Shown piece after piece: positions 59,341-64,000 of a stretch of DNA of 64,000 bases. Both the position numbers and the translations under genes were made by a program. Position 1 is the first letter of the stretch. Each line of letters opens with the position of its first letter. Source of the DNA: an uncultured virus (IMG/VR IMGVR_UViG_3300010233_000006) (Duplodnaviria; Heunggongvirae; Uroviricota; Caudoviricetes); IMG/VR virus record IMGVR_UViG_3300010233_000006. One strand, given 5' to 3'. The notes below the pieces were generated by a model. That model searched no databases. It saw only the letters and a list, made by a program, of their open reading frames with translations, and had not been told where the DNA came from.

Positions 59341-62043
59341 TTACTGCGGGTTTACCAGCAAATATAGGTCGCACGCCTTGACCTGACCCCGTCCCGTCAT
59401 GATTGTGTTCGTCAGCGGGTACCTGCCGTTTGCACTTGCCCCCAACCAAGCACTAGCCGATTGTGTATCATTTGTTGGATTCGTGACCGGGACGGGAGGC
59501 GATGCCTGCCAGGAGCTGGAGGCTACCGTATCGGTTCCGAGCATCGGTGTCCACAATAACTGGAAGTTTTCATTGCTCCTCGGATCCTTCTCGACCGGTA
59601 CCTGGGTCGCATTCACGATGCCGGGGACGAGAGCAACGGTCAACGTCAGATTCACCACTTTGACTTCTCCCGAGTCCAGGTTGGCCAAGACTGAGATCAG
59701 ATAGGCTTGCCCGCTGGCTCCCCCTCCGATCCGAATTCGCGCCATGGGCAGCGCCAACCCCTGATCGGCCAGCGTGATGCCCGCAACCGCCGGCACCGAA
59801 ATCGAATTGATCGTAGTTATGCCCGCCAGGCCGGTCAGATCGATATCAAAGTCCTCGGTGCTCAGTGGATGCTTCAGCAGGTAGAGCATGACTTCCTCCT
59901 GGACCATGAAAGAGCGCTGGCATACCGGCACGGGGATGACGTTTGATCGGGCGGCTACCGTGAAACTGCGTTGCAAGACCGGGACCGTTAGCAGCCGGAT
60001 CGTGGCCGGTGTGATGTATCGGGCCAGTGTGGCAGCGAAGATCGCGAGTGAGACGTGATCCCGGAAGGTAACGAGCGGCCCGGCTCCAATGTGCGCTCCC
60101 AGCCCGATGCCGATCTGTGCCGCCGCCTGGAGGAAAGCCGCAGATTGGAAGCCCTCCGCAGATCCCAAAACAAGAACATCCCGCACGTCCAGACGAACGG
60201 AATTACCGATTCCCGCCAGGAGCCCAAGCGTGGCCGAAACGAAGCCGCCTACCGCGACCCCAGCTTGGGCTGATGCCGCCACGCCTAAGCCGATCACATC
60301 GCTGTAGACTGTCGCCCCGCCGGGGTTCGCCGCAATTCCCTGGAGAATTCCAGCCGCAATGGCGCCCGCAATGACCGCCTGGGCATTTGCAGAAGTTCCA
60401 GCGGCAATTCCCAGGGGGGCACCGGCTTGCACGATGGCTTGGGATGCGGCTGTCGTAGCCTCCTGAGATCCCAGCGCAATGGCGCCCCGCAGAACTGCTT
60501 GCGCCGTGGTGACAGAGGCCGCCAGGATTCCGATGCCGACAGGACCGGAAAAGGCCGTGAGCAATGAATAGGAAAGGCCCGCCTGAACGCCCAGTCCAAT
60601 CCCGTCCCGGATTGAGGCTGTCCCTGAATCTGTAGTGCCAGAGGATATTCCCAACGTTATGGGTACGCCGAATGCGGTCGCCAGGGCATCGGAAGTGGCA
60701 AGAAGTGCCCCCAGGCTCAGGACATCTCGAAATGTGGCGAAGTCCACTTCCGCAGTTCCGCCGGCCACGCCAAAAGTCAAGGCTCCGGAGAATCCGACGG
60801 CTACCTGCTGGGCTGTCCCCGCCGCGACACCGAAAGTCAGCGAATCGTTATAAACGTTCGCCGCCACCATTCGGTAGGCCGCGAGGATAATGCAGGACAC
60901 CGTGGCGCTCGACTCGGTGGCCGAGACGGTACCGCCCGCACTCGCCACAGTCTGATCTTCCCCCTCCGCCGAAAAGGTACCCGACCAGAGATTCCGCTGC
61001 GTCCAGCCACTGCCGCTGAACGCATCGCCTTCTCCTACTCCGAGAGCGATCACCAATTCGTTATTGTGTCCCGTCGTCAGGTTGGCGGTTGAGTGGCCGA
61101 CCGTGCCGTCATCCGTAGCACTCGAGGTGGTGTCGACCGGTGGAGATCCGACAGTGGGGTATTCCAGGAATCCCGCGCCGGCTAACAGGATGCCGGAAGC
61201 CACATTCCCAAAATCGACCGTCAATATAGGCCGATTGCCACCCGTTCCCACTACTGCGCTGTAGATCCAGGCATGGACTGCATGAGAAGAGGATGATGCC
61301 TTACGTGTGGCGCTGACATCCGCGACGTAGGAATTGCCCTGGTTGTCCGAGATTGAGACGGAGCGGATCCAGGTAATCCGAGCCTGGCCGCGGGCACCGT
61401 TGCCACCGACTCCTCCCGTGGCCGCGGAGCCGCCACCGCCGCCACCGGGTGCCGCCCCATTGGCCCCACTGCCAATGCCTGCACCAGCACCGCCTGTTCC
61501 ACCGTTGGCACCATTCCCGCCGTCGCCACCGGTAGCACCAGCGGCCGAAACTCCAACACCGCCGGTAGTGGAAATCGTCGACGAAGCGCCCGCGCCGAAG
61601 GTCGGGGAGGAGCCGGTCCCCGGAGATCCCCCAGTTCCGCCGTCGGTTCCCGAGGGTACGGTGACCTTGTGTGTTGCTCCCTTGGCGATCAGGGAGTCCT
61701 GGTCTGTGTCCCCTATTGTGACCGTCAGCGCATCGCCCGGAGTGACGCTGAACGTCCCCTTGCCATAGCCACCACCACCACCACCGTCACCACCATTGCT
61801 TACGCCGTCCCCCGGGCCACCGGTGCCACCCGCACCCCATACCTCGAAGATCACCTGTGTGCAACCGGTCGGAACCGTGACGCTGGTATCGCCGAGGGTC
61901 GTATATAAATATTGATCGACCGATCCGCTCCAAATCTGAACTATCAGCAAATCCCCTGCTACGACATTCGAATCGAATTGCAGGGTATAACTGCTGTTGG
62001 GCGCCGGCCCGGCGATCTTGGACTGGATAGGGTCGTAGGACAC
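59341..62043 (-). CDS. 900-aa virion-associated protein with Gly-rich domain and ~17-aa repeats
   Basis: EVWGAGGTGG...GGGGGGY Gly-rich domain; periodic repeat region; C-terminal KDP...W adaptor-like domains; no signal peptide. Confidence 0.7.
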   Translation of the reverse strand: MSYDPIQSKIAGPAPNSSYTLQFDSNVVAGDLLIVQIWSGSVDQYLYTTLGDTSVTVPTGCTQVIFEVWGAGGTGGPGDGVSNGGDGGGGGGYGKGTFSVTPGDALTVTIGDTDQDSLIAKGATHKVTVPSGTDGGTGGSPGTGSSPTFGAGASSTISTTGGVGVSAAGATGGDGGNGANGGTGGAGAGIGSGANGAAPGGGGGGSAATGGVGGNGARGQARITWIRSVSISDNQGNSYVADVSATRKASSSSHAVHAWIYSAVVGTGGNRPILTVDFGNVASGILLAGAGFLEYPTVGSPPVDTTSSATDDGTVGHSTANLTTGHNNELVIALGVGEGDAFSGSGWTQRNLWSGTFSAEGEDQTVASAGGTVSATESSATVSCIILAAYRMVAANVYNDSLTFGVAAGTAQQVAVGFSGALTFGVAGGTAEVDFATFRDVLSLGALLATSDALATAFGVPITLGISSGTTDSGTASIRDGIGLGVQAGLSYSLLTAFSGPVGIGILAASVTTAQAVLRGAIALGSQEATTAASQAIVQAGAPLGIAAGTSANAQAVIAGAIAAGILQGIAANPGGATVYSDVIGLGVAASAQAGVAVGGFVSATLGLLAGIGNSVRLDVRDVLVLGSAEGFQSAAFLQAAAQIGIGLGAHIGAGPLVTFRDHVSLAIFAATLARYITPATIRLLTVPVLQRSFTVAARSNVIPVPVCQRSFMVQEEVMLYLLKHPLSTEDFDIDLTGLAGITTINSISVPAVAGITLADQGLALPMARIRIGGGASGQAYLISVLANLDSGEVKVVNLTLTVALVPGIVNATQVPVEKDPRSNENFQLLWTPMLGTDTVASSSWQASPPVPVTNPTNDTQSASAWLGASANGRYPLTNTIMTGRGQVKACDLYLLVNPQ

Positions 62044-62097
62044 GGAATGATCTGATCGATGCGGAACCTGCCAAACGTTGGGCCAGCAGAACTACTG

Positions 62098-62919
62098 CTA
62101 TGCCGATGCTGCAGTCAACGTGACCGTGACGTGTTGATCTTGCACGAACTTGCGAGCCTCTTGTGGGGTGATTTTCGACCGCCTGCTCGTTGCTGAAAGA
62201 ATACGGATAGTCACCCCGCACCCGCAGTGTGGGCAAAACTTCCAGGTAGCCTGCATACCTGCCTTACACTGAGGACATTCTCTCCCGCTGGCGTTGACAC
62301 TCAGAGGCAACGTCAGGGCCTTTTCAATAGGCATACCCTTTCGCAATCGTGCTACGAGCACGTGAGAAGGAATCCCAATTTCAGCGGCCCATTCCCAGAC
62401 GAATTTACGCTCGCCTTCGAATTCTATTTGGCGGACATTGCGGCGGTTTCGCATCTGATCAGTGCGGCTGGCCCACCGACAGTTAGTTTTGGAATATGGG
62501 CCATCATTGTCGATCCGGTCAAGGCTGGTATTCGTTGGCCGTTCGCCCATGTCAGCAAGAAATCCCTCGAAATATTCCCAACCAGGGTCATAGGAGATGC
62601 CGCGTCCCCCGTAGTTCGCGTATGAATTGTTATTTGGGTTGGTACACCGGCTCCGCATTGCCGCCCATGCAGTATATGTTGGAGTTTTTCTTCCGCGACG
62701 TGCCCAGCCATGGCGCTTGCGACCTGGATGGTCTTCCTTCCAGCATCCGCATGATTTAACCGAACTACAGATCAAGGCACTTGTGGGAACCTCGGTTATT
62801 GCTCCGCAGGCGCACTTGCACCGCCATCGCCTCTTTCGTTTACGGCCAACACCGCAGATTGGCTCAATGGCTGTCAGGCGGCCGAACGTCTTACCAGTTA
62901 TGTCTATAGAACCTGGCAT
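62098..62919 (-). CDS. HNH homing-endonuclease-like protein
   Basis: DITGKTFGRLT, CKCACG, YGGRGI, SLDRIDNDGPYSKTNCRWA. Confidence 0.85.
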   Translation of the reverse strand: MPGSIDITGKTFGRLTAIEPICGVGRKRKRRWRCKCACGAITEVPTSALICSSVKSCGCWKEDHPGRKRHGWARRGRKTPTYTAWAAMRSRCTNPNNNSYANYGGRGISYDPGWEYFEGFLADMGERPTNTSLDRIDNDGPYSKTNCRWASRTDQMRNRRNVRQIEFEGERKFVWEWAAEIGIPSHVLVARLRKGMPIEKALTLPLSVNASGRECPQCKAGMQATWKFCPHCGCGVTIRILSATSRRSKITPQEARKFVQDQHVTVTLTAASA

Positions 62920-62944
62920 GAGTCCATGGTAGCATACATTAGTG

Positions 62945-63454
62945 TCACGCGCTACTGGAAGTCAACGTGACCGTGACGTTGACGCTGTCGCCCGAGGCAA
63001 CTCCGCGTGGGGTAGCGAAATCGGCAACCCCGTAGAGCGTCCCGGCGGTCCCGCTTTTGGTGTTGTCTGTTACCACGAAGGCCCCTGCAATGGTGGCCGT
63101 ACCGTTGATCGAAAACACTGCCTTCGAGGCCGAATTGTCTACCGATTGTCCCGACACCGCCCCGAGCGTCAGCGTCTGCCGAACGGTTTCCGAATATCCG
63201 GTCGCTTCCGACCAGGCTCCATGGGAGGCCATCGTATCGGCCGCTACTGCGGTTCCGGCACCCTTCAGGCCGACGTAGAAGGCTGCCGTGTAGGAGGCCC
63301 CCTTGAAGTACTTGGAGAGGATGTCGTTCAATCCCACATTGACGGTGAGATTGTCAATTTCCTCGGTCCACTTCAGGCGTCCTTCCGAGTCGAAGCAGTC
63401 GATGCGGTAGGTGTTTTTCACGGCCAGGGAGGCCTGGAAAGATTCGTTCTTCAT
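62945..63454 (-). CDS. conserved phage structural protein
   Basis: NLTVNVGLNDIL...FYVGL...GDSVNVT; located in head-tail region. Confidence 0.75.
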   Translation of the reverse strand: MKNESFQASLAVKNTYRIDCFDSEGRLKWTEEIDNLTVNVGLNDILSKYFKGASYTAAFYVGLKGAGTAVAADTMASHGAWSEATGYSETVRQTLTLGAVSGQSVDNSASKAVFSINGTATIAGAFVVTDNTKSGTAGTLYGVADFATPRGVASGDSVNVTVTLTSSSA

Positions 63455-63472
63455 ATGGGGTATCCTTGGTTC

Positions 63473-63895
63473 ATGGCCAACCGACGAGACTTCCTGAAAA
63501 TGTTCGGCGTAGGGGCGACCATCGTTCCCGTCATCGGAGGACTGCCCAGTATGGCGGTCTCGGCAAATCTGATCGAAGTCCCAAAGGTGGAGCCCGTGCG
63601 CCTAGCGTCACCAGCGGAAATCCATGATCTGAATGCTCCGCCCGCTCCTGGAGATATCGCCCGGATGTACCTCGACGTATCCACTAGGGACGGTAAACGC
63701 TTCCGGTTTACTGCCGAGGTCATGACTGTCGATTTAATGGGGCCGCAGAGGTACCGTCCAGACCTCAGAAGTTTTAATGATCCCTACGGCATGATTCCAT
63801 GTCCTGTACCAAGCATGGAATGGGATCTCAAGCTCCACGTCCTATCCGGGCCGCACATGACCGTGTACGCTAATCCGGCATCCCCACAATATTGA
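63473..63895 (+). CDS. twin-arginine-signal-like protein (opposite strand)
   Basis: MANRRDFLKMFGVGATIVPVIGG. Confidence 0.6.
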   Translation: MANRRDFLKMFGVGATIVPVIGGLPSMAVSANLIEVPKVEPVRLASPAEIHDLNAPPAPGDIARMYLDVSTRDGKRFRFTAEVMTVDLMGPQRYRPDLRSFNDPYGMIPCPVPSMEWDLKLHVLSGPHMTVYANPASPQY

Positions 63896-64000
63896 CCCGG
63901 TACCCTGCCAGCAGATCATCCATGGTGTTCTGCACTTCCACCGAGATCAAGCCTCTCCCCGTGGCAATCGGGATTCGATTCTGGAAGTAGTGGGTGGCCA
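63870..64000 (-). CDS. head-tail connector (gp6-like), C-terminal part
   Basis: Translation ATHYFQNRIPIATG...VQNTMDDLLAGYRV. Confidence 0.65.
   Translation of the reverse strand, partial: ATHYFQNRIPIATGRGLISVEVQNTMDDLLAGYRVNIVGMPD

Overview
This window is a 64-kb segment of a large tailed dsDNA phage or prophage with siphovirus-type tail genes. The host is uncertain, although the signal-peptide style suggests an Acidobacteriota-like bacterium (inference). Layout: (1) leftward early genes (ASCH, Sak4-like AAA ATPase, SprT-like) up to a divergent promoter switch at about 4.8 kb. (2) Rightward genes, including a PAPS-reductase-like gene and a broken tyrosine integrase. (3) A structured, largely non-coding 8.4-10 kb interval with iteron-like repeats, a covarying hairpin motif in three copies and a tRNA-like RNA. 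(4) A long minus-strand late region: head-tail connectors, a glycosyltransferase cluster, tail tube, chaperones, tape measure, tail tip and fibre, lysis-like membrane genes, and a 16.5-kb run of large Thr/Gly/Ser/Cys-rich proteins. The two main observations are as follows. (a) About 12 late-region proteins, including the fibre in the canonical post-tail-tip position, carry Sec-type signal peptides followed by Gln. (b) One intact TnpB is accompanied by three near-identical omegaRNA/right-end copies with different guides. One copy is a 183-bp TnpB-less mini-element, and the empty sites reconstruct to a TCAT target, i.e. ATGA start/stop junctions of phage genes. All functional calls are from motif recognition; no database searches were run.
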